Assembly (NCBI RefSeq): GCF_042660085.1
Contig: NZ_JBHSTI010000008.1
Location: 2,085,604-2,117,603, forward strand
Origin: Longivirga aurantiaca
Lineage (GTDB): Bacteria; Actinomycetota; Actinomycetes; S36-B12; CAIYMF01
Reading direction: 5' to 3'
DNA: 32,000 nucleotides
Within the stretch, counting starts at the first letter, position 1. Each line of letters opens with the position of its first letter. The notes beneath the pieces were generated by a model. That model had not been told where the DNA came from and ran no database searches. It saw nothing but the letters and a program-made list of their open reading frames with translations. Positions 9,141-17,658 of this stretch are shown here, in pieces. The position numbers and the translations under genes were made by a program.

Positions 9141-10088
9141 CTACAGGTAGCCGGGCGAGGTGTAGGCGAAGCCGCCCGACGAGCCGTACTTCGTGGTCGG
9201 CTTGGTCGTCTTCACGTAGGGCCAGGCGGTGCGGCTGGGCCACAGGCCCGACGACTGCCGGGTCGAACCGGTCACGTGCACGAGGCTCGTGCGGATCGGC
9301 CAGTCGGCGCCGTCGCGCCAGAGCAGGTAGGCGGCGTCGCGCCCGTCGATCCAGACGCGGCGCAGGTCCCACGTGCCGAGGGTCACCGAGGCGTGCTGGG
9401 TCGGGGTGAGGAACAGGCCCTGGTACTGCGTCGAGGCGAAGAGGCCGTCGACCAGCAGGGAGCGCGGACCGCCCCAGGCCTGCACCACGTCGGCGTGGTT
9501 GGTGCTCTGCGACCCGGAGAGCAGCGAGCTCATCCAGACGTTGAACAGGCGCAGGTATCCGTCGGGCATCGAGACGTTGATGCCCTCGGTGAGCTTCTGG
9601 GTCGAGCTCGACATGAAGCGGACGCCCTCGACGTGCAGGATGCCGGTGGTGTCGCGGAAGTACGCCGCGCGCTTGACGACGTCGCCGCTGCTGTCGCGCC
9701 AGCCGTAGCCGACGTCGACGGTTCCGCCGATGACCACGACGTTGTGACCGCCGGTGATCCAGAGGCCGCGCGCGTTCTTCCAGGCGCGGGTCTTGGGCAG
9801 CACGATCCGGTAGTCGCGGGAGGTGCTCAGCTTGAGCTCGCCCATCTGGTCCTTCACCACGATGGTGATCGGGTTCGACAGGGTCGGGGGGCGGCGCGGC
9901 AGCTTGGGGCTGGTGATGGCGACCGGGGTCAGCGTGGTGGCAGTGGCGGTGGCGGTGGCAGTGGCCGTCGCGGTGGCTGCGGAGGCCGTCGGCGTGCCGG
10001 GCGTCCCGGGCCCGACGGCGACGGCGCCTGCGGCGAGCAGCGCGAGGGTCCCGGTGATCGCGCCGATGCGCGTGGTCGTCCTGGTCAT
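9141..10088 (-). CDS. Secreted parallel beta-helix-like protein
   Basis: MTRTTTRIGAITGTLALLAAGAVAVG signal; GLWITGGHNVVVIGGTVDVGY...ILHVEGVRFMSSSTQKLTEGINVSMPDGYLRLFNVWMSSLLSG beta-helix-like pattern. ATG 10088 preceded by GGAGGA. Confidence 0.7.
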   Translation of the reverse strand: MTRTTTRIGAITGTLALLAAGAVAVGPGTPGTPTASAATATATATATATATTLTPVAITSPKLPRRPPTLSNPITIVVKDQMGELKLSTSRDYRIVLPKTRAWKNARGLWITGGHNVVVIGGTVDVGYGWRDSSGDVVKRAAYFRDTTGILHVEGVRFMSSSTQKLTEGINVSMPDGYLRLFNVWMSSLLSGSQSTNHADVVQAWGGPRSLLVDGLFASTQYQGLFLTPTQHASVTLGTWDLRRVWIDGRDAAYLLWRDGADWPIRTSLVHVTGSTRQSSGLWPSRTAWPYVKTTKPTTKYGSSGGFAYTSPGYL

Positions 10089-10352
10089 GCTCCTCCTCCA
10101 ACGGGGTGCTGCGCGTCGTGCGGGTCGCACCCTTCCTGGATCGGCACGACCGTCGTGCGGGCTGGTGTGCGGAGCCCGGGTCGTTACCGTTCCGTGATCG
10201 GGGGTGAGCCCATCACGGACCCCGGAAGCACGTCTACGACCCGTCCGGTGAGCGAGACGCAGGCCTCTGACCTGCGACGACCGGTCCGCCTCGGGCCCGG
10301 TGAACGGTCCGACGGTCACCGGGAGACCCCTCACCCGTTCGGCCCAGCCGTA

Positions 10353-10830
10353 TCAGCCGTCCCACCGACCCCAGCGGCCCCGGCAGCCCTCGGCTCCCGA
10401 CCGCCGTCGGAGGAGCGGGCGGATCAGGAGCACCCGCACGACGCCGAGCACGAGGATCGCGAGCGGCACGGCGACGAGCACGACACGCGTCGAGTCGGTC
10501 GCGGAGATGTCCGCCTCGGCCAGGAGCTCCTCGGCGCGGGTCGCGTCGCGGTCCGCCGCCACCTGCTCGGGAACGACGTACGACGGCAGGATGATCGCGG
10601 TCCACGGGCTCGGGCGCCTCGAGGTCTTCCCCCATGACCACGTCGACGACCTCGCCGAGGCCGTCGAGGATCCCGGAGTCCTCCTCGGAGGGTCCGGTTC
10701 TGCGCTGCCCGGGTTCTGCGCTGCCCGGGTTCTGCGCTGCACGGGTTCTGCGCTGCCCCGATCTGCGTCCCTCGGGCCTGCGCTGCCCGGGTTCTGCGTC
10801 CCTCGGGCCTGCGCTGCTCGTACCGCTCAT
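10353..10830 (-). pseudogene. Small membrane protein gene with one apparent frame disruption
   Basis: Frame from ATG 10830 (MSGTSSAGPRDAEPGQ...SEEDSGILDGLGEVVDVVMGEDLEAPEP) has high GC3 until about 10600. High-GC3 coding then continues in another frame (TAIILPSYVVPEQVAADRDATRAEELLAEADISATDSTRVVLVAVPLAILVLGVVRVLLIRPLLRRR) to the stop at 10353. Confidence 0.45.
10695..10819. repeat. Tandem 16-bp repeats plus two related ~30-bp units
   Basis: gggttctgcgctgccc x4 (10695-10758, two copies with one change) followed by cgatctgcgtccctcgggcctgcgctgccc and gggttctgcgtccctcgggcctgcgctgctc. Confidence 0.9.
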
Positions 10831-10903
10831 CCCGCTCCGCGTCGCGTCGTTCGCCCGCGCGGCAGCGGGTCGCGCCCGGGGCCGGGGCGCGGTCGTTCTC
10901 GGG

Positions 10904-12286
10904 TCAGACGCGGGTACGGCGACGGGCAGCAGGTCTCGGCCCGTCGACCGCGACGGGCAGCACTCGCGGAGCGGCGAGCCCGACGAGGTCGAGCGCCCGC
11001 TGCATGGCCTCGAGCGCGCGCGCCGGGTCGCCGATCCGCTGGTAGACCTCGGCGAGCTGCCGCCACGCCTGTGCGGCGTACCGCGAGGCGTCGGACGACT
11101 CGAGCGAGGCCGCGGCGTCCTCGAGCATGCTGACTCCTGCCGCCTCCTCCCCCAGCGCCACCGACGCGGCTCCGAGGAGCACCAGCGAGTGCGCCCGCTC
11201 GAGCCGCTGGTCGACGTCGAGGCGCTCGAGCGAGGCGGCCGCGTGGCGGCGCGCCACCTCGGGCCGGCCGAGCAGCAGCTCGGCGCGGGCGAGCTCGGAC
11301 AGCACGGGGCCGAGGAGCATCGACCCGGCGTGCTGGCGGACCTCGGGCAGCAGCGACCGCAGCTCGGCGCGCGCCTCGGTGGCGCGCGGCGGGTCCTGCT
11401 GCAGCAGGATCCAGGCCCTCGTGTAGCGCAGGCGCGTGCGGACCATGAGATCGCTGCCGACGGCCGCCAGGGCCGAGGCCTCCTCCACCAGCCGCATGCC
11501 CTCGCCGCCGAAGCCGCGCTCGGTGGCGTTGATCGCGGCGTTCCAGAGCGCCTTGGCGCGGTCGTCCGGGGATGAGTCGGCACCGAGCCGCTCGATCAGG
11601 TCGTCGAGGATCACCTGCGCGCGCACGAGGTCCCCCCGCTCGGCGTACACCCCTGCAACCGTCGAGACCAGTGCCGCGAACCCCGGTGCGTGGTCGATCC
11701 GGAGGTCGGCACCGCGACGAAGCGCCGCCTCGCCGAGGTCGACCGCGCGGGCCATGTCGCCCTGCTCGCGGTAGAGGCGCAGCAGCGAGACGCTCACGCC
11801 GACCCAGGGCAGTCGGGCGGGTGCGGACTCGGCGGCGGTACGCATCGTCTCGAGCAGCCGCAGCGCCTCGAGCAGGTGGCCCTGCCGCTCGAGCGCGGCT
11901 GCCCGCACCTCGGCGGCATGGAAGAGCTCGGGTTCGGCGACGAGGGCAGCGGCGTCGGAGAGCCGCGGCTCCCACGGCGCGAGCAGCGCCAGCGCCTCCG
12001 CCGGGTTGCCGAGCCCGAGCGCGGCCTGCGCGAGCAGGAGGTCGTGCCGAGGCCCTGCAGCGGCGTCCGGCGCGAGCGCGGTCGGGGCGACGCCGAGGCG
12101 CCCGGCGAGCAGGGCGACGACCGCGGGCGTCGGGTCGCGGCGCCCGGACTCGAGGTGGCTGACGTAGCTGGGCGAGAGGTCGTCGCCGGCGAGGGCCGTC
12201 TGCGAGAGACCTGCGGCGAGCCGGGCACGGCGCAGCCGGGAGCCGAAGGTCTCGACTCCCGCGTCGCGATCGGCTCCTCGAGCCAC
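10904..12286 (-). CDS. XRE-family regulator with C-terminal TPR-like domain
   Basis: GTG 12286 behind GAGAGGGG; N-terminal HTH FGSRLRRARLAAGLSQTALAGDDLSPSYVSHLESGRRDPTPAVVALLAGRLGV; remainder alpha-helical TPR-like repeats (NPAEALALLAPW..., HLLEALRLLETMR, GDPARALEAMQRALDLVG). Confidence 0.88.
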   Translation of the reverse strand: MARGADRDAGVETFGSRLRRARLAAGLSQTALAGDDLSPSYVSHLESGRRDPTPAVVALLAGRLGVAPTALAPDAAAGPRHDLLLAQAALGLGNPAEALALLAPWEPRLSDAAALVAEPELFHAAEVRAAALERQGHLLEALRLLETMRTAAESAPARLPWVGVSVSLLRLYREQGDMARAVDLGEAALRRGADLRIDHAPGFAALVSTVAGVYAERGDLVRAQVILDDLIERLGADSSPDDRAKALWNAAINATERGFGGEGMRLVEEASALAAVGSDLMVRTRLRYTRAWILLQQDPPRATEARAELRSLLPEVRQHAGSMLLGPVLSELARAELLLGRPEVARRHAAASLERLDVDQRLERAHSLVLLGAASVALGEEAAGVSMLEDAAASLESSDASRYAAQAWRQLAEVYQRIGDPARALEAMQRALDLVGLAAPRVLPVAVDGPRPAARRRTRV

Positions 12287-12330
12287 GTCGACCCCTCTCG
12301 CCCACTCGGTCGAGCGGCGGCGACATCCAA

Positions 12331-12375
12331 CCACCGTCACGCGCGCCCACCCCCGTGGGGCGCGCGTGACGGTGG
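12331..12375. promoter_or_regulatory. Perfect 18-bp inverted repeat in the divergent intergenic region
   Basis: ccaccgtcacgcgcgccc (12331-12348) - 9 nt - gggcgcgcgtgacggtgg (12358-12375). Confidence 0.65.
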
Positions 12376-12468
12376 CCCTATCGAACTATGACCAGTTTAT
12401 GACTCACTTGTCACGTTGTGTGTCATGACTCGCCCGGTCGGGCGAGTCCGTCCTTCGTGGAGGTCCTC

Positions 12469-12606
12469 ATGAACGTCACCCGCCGCACGCACGTCCTGCT
12501 CGCCGCCGCGCTCGCGGTCGCGGCCGCCCTCGGCCTCGTGACCGCCGGCCCGCCGGCCGCCCCCGAGCCGACCCTCGTGGCCGGCGGGTCGGGGCACTGC
12601 TGCTGA
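12469..12606 (+). CDS. 45-aa small secreted or membrane-anchored peptide
   Basis: ATG preceded by GTGGAGGTCCTC; MNVTRRTHVLLAAALAVAAALGLVTAGPPAAPEPTLVAGGSGHCC*; signal-type hydrophobic core and Cys-Cys C-terminus. Confidence 0.6.
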   Translation: MNVTRRTHVLLAAALAVAAALGLVTAGPPAAPEPTLVAGGSGHCC

Positions 12607-12645
12607 GCGGCCCTCGCGGCACGGGCCTCGCGGCAGGCGGCGGGG

Positions 12646-13181
12646 TCACGGGATCGGGACGACCCGGCCCCGGCCCTGCTGCGTGCCGCCGTACAGCGCG
12701 GCGTCGGCCCGCGCGGTGCCGCCGCCCTGGCAGAGCATGCGCATGCGGACCGCCCTCGGCGAGCCGTCGTGCATCGCGGCGAGGTTCGACATCGCCCAGG
12801 CGAGGTCGCGGGGATCGATGAAGTCCGTGCCCGGCCGGTCGACGACCTCGGAGGCTCCCAGCCGAGGATGTCGAGCACCCCCGCGGACGTCCACAGGACC
12901 GTGCCGTCGGCGAACTGGGCGAAGGCCTCCTGCGCGGCCACGAGGTCGCGGGCGTCGGTGAAGCCGAAGCCGCTGCGCCCGATCACCTCGGCGGCGGTCC
13001 ATCCGAGGAAGCGCTCGCTGCCGTCCGAGATCCAGTCGACGACGCCGTCCGGGGTGATGCGGAAGACGACGTCCGTCGCGTTCTCGGCCAGGACGCGGTA
13101 CCGCTCCTCGCTGGCGAGAAGGCCGTCGGACCCGTCCGCGCAGGCCTCCGGCTGCCCGCCGCAGATCGGGCACACCTGCAC
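12646..13181 (-). pseudogene. PAS-domain protein remnant, frameshifted and apparently internally deleted
   Basis: GTG 13181 behind GGGAGG; MQVCPICGGQPEACADGSDGLLASEERYRVLAENATDVVFRITPDGVVDWISDGSERFLGWTAAEVIGRS... then second PAS segment VLWTSAGVLDILGWE; frame shifts near 12857 to ..SEVVDRPGTDFIDPRDLAWAMSNLAAMHDGSPRAVRMRMLCQGG. Confidence 0.65.
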
Positions 13182-13289
13182 GCCCGGCCTCCCGGAGGAG
13201 CTCCCACCTCGGAGTGGGGGCGGAGCCCATCACGCGCCGATTCTCGACCGGCCCGACCTCCGGATGCGTGCCGAGCCGGAGGCCGAAGC

Positions 13290-13535
13290 TCAGGCGGGGC
13301 TGCCGGGATCCGCGTCCGTCGCGGCGGCCTCGGCGGCACGCGGCAGCCCGTCCGTCAGGTCGATCACGGCCGGCTCGCGCAGGTCGACGACGTCGCGGTG
13401 GACCGGCACGGCCCGTCGGTAGATGTGGGCGTACTCGGCCGCGTGCGCATCGCACGCGGTGTCGACGCTGTTGTGGGAGTCGCGGTCCGAGAGCAGGTAC
13501 GTCGTGGCCTCGGCACCGCACCAGCTGCAGTGCAT
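13290..13535 (-). CDS. Small protein with candidate Cys/His metal-binding motif
   Basis: ATG 13535 behind GGAGG; MHCSWCGAEATTYLLSDRDSHNSVDTACDAHAAEYAHIYRRAVPVHRDVVDLREP...; CxxC...CxxH. Confidence 0.65.
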   Translation of the reverse strand: MHCSWCGAEATTYLLSDRDSHNSVDTACDAHAAEYAHIYRRAVPVHRDVVDLREPAVIDLTDGLPRAAEAAATDADPGSPA

Positions 13536-13712
13536 GTCGCCTCCAGTCCGACCGGGGACGCGGGCACCCGACGAGCGGCGGGCGTCCTGATACCAGTGCA
13601 GCACCTCGCGGCCCTGGACGCACGCACCACGCGGGATCGTGCCGCGACCGAGGCCGGGCGAGTGCGCCGGTTTCCTGGGAACGGCGCGCCGCGCCGGTCC
13701 ATGATCGTCGCC

Positions 13713-15167
13713 ATGTCGAGCGCAGCCCCTGCTCAGTCCACCGCCGGCAGCAGCCACCGGGTCGTCTCGGTCGCAGCGGTCGCCGCGCTGGGTGGCTTCC
13801 TGTTCGGCTTCGACTCGTCGGTGATCAACGCCGCGGTGCCGGGGATCGTCGCGCAGTACGGCACGTCTCCGACGCAGACCGGCTTCGTCGTCTCGATCGC
13901 CCTCATCGGCTGCGCCGTGGGCGCCTGGTACGCGGGCCGCGTGGCCAACCGGCTGGGCCGGCCCCGCACGATGCAGGTCGCAGCGGTCGTGTTCATCGTC
14001 TCGGCCATCGGTTCGGCGTTCCCCGGAGGCGTGACCGGCCTCATGCTCTGGCGCTTCGTCGGCGGCCTCGCGATCGGCGCGGCGTCGGTGATCGCACCGG
14101 CGTACATCGCCGAGATCGCGCCGCCCGCGCTGCGTGGCCGCCTCGGCTCGCTGCAGCAGCTCGCGATCGTCACCGGCATCTTCGTGGCCCTGCTGTCCGG
14201 ATGGGCGATCGCGACGGCCGCCGGTGGGGCGAGCCAGGACTGGCTCCTCGGGTTCGAGGCGTGGCGCTGGATGTTCCTCGTCGAGGTCGTCCCGGCCGTC
14301 GTCTACCTGCTCGCAGCACGCACCATCCCCGAGAGTCCGCGCTACCTGGTGGCCACCGGACGGTCGGACGAGGCGCGCGCGGTGATGGCGAGCATGGGGC
14401 AGGAGATCACCGACGACGACCTCGCGACGATGCAGCGCCAGCTCGAGGGTGAGTCGGCGCAGAAGCTGAGCGACCTGAAGGGGCCGAAGTTCGGCCTGCT
14501 GCCCGTGGTCTGGGTCGCGATCATCCTGTCGTCACTGCAGCAGCTCGTCGGGATCAACGTGATCTTCTACTACAGCAGCATGCTGTGGCAGGCCGTCGGC
14601 TTCGCCGAGGACGACTCGCTCAAGATCTCGGTGATCTCCGGCGGCATCAACATCGTCGCCACCCTCATCGCGATCGCGTGCATCGACCGGTTCGGACGCC
14701 GCCCGCTGCTGCTGCTCGGCTCGGCGGGCATGTCGGTGTCGCTGGTGCTGCTCGCCTACCTCTTCGGCACTGCGCCCGTCATCGAGGTGGCGGCGACGTC
14801 GACCTGCGCGGACCCCTGCATGCAGCCGACGCTCACCGGCGCGTCCGCCACCCTCGCGCTGATCGCTGCGAACGGCTTCGTCATCTTCTTCGGCTTCTCG
14901 TGGGGCCCGGTGGTGTGGGTGCTGCTGGGCGAGATGTTCCCCAACCGCATCCGCGCCGTGGCGCTGTCGGTGGCGGCCGCCGCCCAGTGGATGGCGAACT
15001 TCCTCGTCTCGACCACCTTCCCGCCGCTCGCGGCGACCGGGCTCGGGCTCGCGTACGGCATCTACGCCTTCTTCGCGGTCGTCTCGCTTCTGTTCGTCTG
15101 GCGGGTCGTGCACGAGACCAAGGGCCGGTCGCTGGAGTCGATGGACGCGGAGTACTCGTCCGCCTGA
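13713..15167 (+). CDS. MFS sugar-porter family transporter
   Basis: GGFLFGFDSSVINAAV, GRVANRLGRPRTMQ, IPESPRYLVATGRSDEAR, IDRFGRRPLLL, GPVVWVLLGEMFPNRIRA, VHETKGRSLESMD. Confidence 0.93.
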   Translation: MSSAAPAQSTAGSSHRVVSVAAVAALGGFLFGFDSSVINAAVPGIVAQYGTSPTQTGFVVSIALIGCAVGAWYAGRVANRLGRPRTMQVAAVVFIVSAIGSAFPGGVTGLMLWRFVGGLAIGAASVIAPAYIAEIAPPALRGRLGSLQQLAIVTGIFVALLSGWAIATAAGGASQDWLLGFEAWRWMFLVEVVPAVVYLLAARTIPESPRYLVATGRSDEARAVMASMGQEITDDDLATMQRQLEGESAQKLSDLKGPKFGLLPVVWVAIILSSLQQLVGINVIFYYSSMLWQAVGFAEDDSLKISVISGGINIVATLIAIACIDRFGRRPLLLLGSAGMSVSLVLLAYLFGTAPVIEVAATSTCADPCMQPTLTGASATLALIAANGFVIFFGFSWGPVVWVLLGEMFPNRIRAVALSVAAAAQWMANFLVSTTFPPLAATGLGLAYGIYAFFAVVSLLFVWRVVHETKGRSLESMDAEYSSA

Positions 15168-15269
15168 CCGGTCAGACGTGCCGGAAGCGCTCAGTTCCTG
15201 GCCGGATGCGCATGCACCCGGCCCCTGCCCCCCTGCGACCGTGGCGGCGGGGAAAGGGAGGGGATCCAG

Positions 15270-15578
15270 ATGCCCATGCCCCGTGTCATCGCCGACGAGC
15301 CGTTCACCGTCGAGCTGCCGGCCTCGACCGGGGGCGCCATCTACGTGCGGGCCTCGTTCGGCGAGATCGAGCACATCACCGCCGTCCACCCCCTGGTGGA
15401 GAAGACCGGTCGCACGCTGCTGCTCGTCTCGAACCACGCCGGGTTCAGCGAGCAGGTGGAGTTCTTCCGCGACACGCTCGGCGACTCCGCCGGCATCGAC
15501 GGCGAGCTCGAGGCGGCGGTCACCGACGTGCTGTGCCGCGCCCTGCTCGACAGCACCGCTGCGATCGGCGAGGCCTGA
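15270..15578 (+). CDS. Hypothetical protein, 102 aa
   Basis: ATG preceded by a GGGAGGGG-type RBS; high-GC3 coding frame. Confidence 0.6.
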   Translation: MPMPRVIADEPFTVELPASTGGAIYVRASFGEIEHITAVHPLVEKTGRTLLLVSNHAGFSEQVEFFRDTLGDSAGIDGELEAAVTDVLCRALLDSTAAIGEA

Positions 15579-15579
15579 C

Positions 15580-16797
15580 TCAGATCGCGCGGAACGCGAC
15601 CGCGTCGACGACCTCGCGCTCGTAGTCGTCACTGCGTCGGTCGAGCCGCACGAGCGGTCCGCCGATCGTCTTGCGCACCCACAGCGTCGTCGAGGTGCCG
15701 CTGTCGAGGCGGATCGCGGTGACGGCTCCGAGCTGCTTGAGGAGCCCGGCGAACTGGTGCACCGAGACGCCGCCCCACGAGCTGCCGAACTGCTTGCCCG
15801 CGATCGCGACGACGAGCATGTTGCCCTGCGCGTCCCAGGCGATCGCCGAGCGCGGGCGCGGCTGCTCGTCGCGCGAGCTGCACGGCGCGTCGACCGCGCC
15901 GTCGCGCACGATCGCACCGCCGCTGCCCGTCGCGCCGCTCGGCTTGCTGAACGCGGTGGCCGGGTAGCCGGCGTACCGCGTGGTGCCGTTCGCGCCGTAC
16001 CAGAGCGTGGCCGGGTCGCCGACCTTGACCTTGGCGAGGAGCGAGGCGGCGCCGCTGCCGGTGCGCGCGGTGAGGAACTTCTCCCACGTCGCCGGGCGCC
16101 GAGATGCTGCCGTGCCCGTGAGGATCTTGGTGACCTTGGTGCCCGCGACGACCACGACGCGCGAGCCCGCCGGGTGGGCGCGGGTTCCCCAGGCGTTCGT
16201 GTAGACCGCGACGCCCTGGCTCGGCAGCATCTGCCAGTTCACCGAGCCCACCATCGCGCTGCCCGCGCGCGTGCTGAAGCTGCCGGCCAGGTCGAAGGCT
16301 CCACCGGTGATCGTCTTGTTGACCGAGTCGACCGCGATGCCGCCGTACAGGCCGCCGGAGTACGCCTGGCGCACCAGCTTGCGCAAGACGCCCTTCGAGA
16401 TCTGCACGCGGTCCGGGATGCCGGGCACGCTCGGGTCGAACGTGCCGCCGTTGAGGACGACGACGGCGTTGGGGTCGCCCGCGACCATCGTGGAGACCCG
16501 GGCGGCGCGCGCGACGGTCGGCGAGGTCACGACCGTCGGGGTGAGCGACGCCTTCGGGATGCGCACGACGGCGAGGCGGCGGTCGCCCTCGGTGAACGAG
16601 CGCGTGTTGGTGTCCCAGATGCGCACGGTGGCGCCGCCGGGCAGGGAGTACGACGAGACCGGTGCCGAGGCGAGGATCGCCGGCGTCGGCTTGCAGACCA
16701 CGGCGGCGGCCGGGTTGGCGGGCGTGGCCGACAGCAGCGTGACGGACAGCGCGGCGACGCCGAGGGCGGCAGCGGCGGTGCGGGTGCGCGAGCGCAT
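15580..16797 (-). CDS. Secreted phosphodiester glycosidase (NAGPA-like) family protein
   Basis: ATG 16797 behind AGAAGGA; signal peptide; NAVVVLNGGTF..., GSAIAWDAQGNMLVVAIAGKQFGSSWGGVSVHQFAGLLKQLGAVTAIRLDSGTSTTLWV. Confidence 0.78.
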   Translation of the reverse strand: MRSRTRTAAAALGVAALSVTLLSATPANPAAAVVCKPTPAILASAPVSSYSLPGGATVRIWDTNTRSFTEGDRRLAVVRIPKASLTPTVVTSPTVARAARVSTMVAGDPNAVVVLNGGTFDPSVPGIPDRVQISKGVLRKLVRQAYSGGLYGGIAVDSVNKTITGGAFDLAGSFSTRAGSAMVGSVNWQMLPSQGVAVYTNAWGTRAHPAGSRVVVVAGTKVTKILTGTAASRRPATWEKFLTARTGSGAASLLAKVKVGDPATLWYGANGTTRYAGYPATAFSKPSGATGSGGAIVRDGAVDAPCSSRDEQPRPRSAIAWDAQGNMLVVAIAGKQFGSSWGGVSVHQFAGLLKQLGAVTAIRLDSGTSTTLWVRKTIGGPLVRLDRRSDDYEREVVDAVAFRAI

Positions 16798-16908
16798 CGA
16801 GGTCCTTCTCGTCGTGACGTGCGGCTGCCCCGGCAGGCGGCCCACCGGCGTTATCGACCCTGGGCGCGGAGGTCTGAAGCGACCGCCACCCGTTCGCCGA
16901 CCACGCCC

Positions 16909-16950
16909 ATGTCAAGAACCTTTGACATCACGTACAGCATGCTTTACCTT
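16909..16950 (+). promoter_or_regulatory. Promoter with palindromic operator overlapping the -35 element
   Basis: ATGTCAA-N6-TTGACAT (16909-16928). TTGACA at 16922-16927, 17-bp spacer, TACCTT at 16945-16950. Confidence 0.7.
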
Positions 16951-16955
16951 CTGCG

Positions 16956-16973
16956 TGTCAAGCATTCTTGACA
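16956..16973 (+). promoter_or_regulatory. Second copy of the TGTCAA-N6-TTGACA operator
   Basis: TGTCAAG-CATT-CTTGACA, overlapping the predicted transcription start, 46 bp centre to centre from the first copy. Confidence 0.65.
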
Positions 16974-16990
16974 TCGACGAAGGAGGAGCC

Positions 16991-17431
16991 GTGGGCTTCG
17001 AGGAGCGGAACACCTGGTCGTTCCTGGTGATCAGCGTGGTGTCCTACGCGACGTACGTCGTGCTCGTGCTGCGGTCCGCCGCCGGCGGTCCGCTCGTGGA
17101 CGCGCCGTACCAGCGCTACCTGCTCGGCACGATCGGCTTCGCGATCCTCGCGGCGATCATCTCCAGCATCGCCATCCGGATCGCCATGGCGGTGCGGACC
17201 GGCAAGGAGGACCAGGGCGCCGACCAGCGCGACCGAGAGATCTCGGCGTTCGGCTCGCGCATGGGCCAGTCGTTCATGGTGATCGGCGGCCTCGCCGCGA
17301 TGCTCATGGCCCTCGCCGAGTGGGACTGGTTCTGGATCGCCAACGTGATCTACCTCTGCTTCGCGCTCTCGGGCCTCACCGAGTCCATCGCCCGCATCGC
17401 CGCCTACCGCGGAGGGCTCCCCCAGTGGTGA
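16991..17431 (+). CDS. Small integral membrane protein
   Basis: GTG after AGGAGG; multiple hydrophobic segments (WSFLVISVVSYATYVVLVL, LLGTIGFAILAAIISSIAIRIAMAV, FMVIGGLAAMLMALA, FWIANVIYLCFALSGL). Confidence 0.8.
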   Translation: MGFEERNTWSFLVISVVSYATYVVLVLRSAAGGPLVDAPYQRYLLGTIGFAILAAIISSIAIRIAMAVRTGKEDQGADQRDREISAFGSRMGQSFMVIGGLAAMLMALAEWDWFWIANVIYLCFALSGLTESIARIAAYRGGLPQW

Positions 17432-17658
17432 GGCCCACGCGGGTCACCAACCGCATCCGCGCGCTGCGCTTCGAGCACGGCGAGATGACCCAGGCCGAGC
17501 TCGCGAAGAGCATCGGTGCCACCCGCCAGACCGTCATCGCCATCGAGCAGGGCAAGTACTCCCCCACCCTGGAGATGGCCTTCCAGATCGCAGCCGTCTT
17601 CGGCGTACCTCTCGACGACGTGTTCCAGTACCCCACCAGCTTGGAGAGCACCCCATGA
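17428..17658 (+). CDS. Small XRE-family transcriptional regulator
   Basis: GTGA overlap with preceding stop; NRIRALRFEHGEMTQAELAKSIGATRQTVIAIEQGKYSPTLEMAFQIAAVFGVPLDDVFQY. Confidence 0.9.
   Translation: MRPTRVTNRIRALRFEHGEMTQAELAKSIGATRQTVIAIEQGKYSPTLEMAFQIAAVFGVPLDDVFQYPTSLESTP

Noticed and set aside
10695-10819. Possible CRISPR-like array
   Set aside because: Units are directly adjacent 16-mers with no unique spacers and no cas genes nearby.
10234-11583. 449-aa minus-strand ORF as a full protein
   Set aside because: Its 5' half is out of frame under the XRE-TPR gene. Only the segment after 10830 has coding-like third-position GC.
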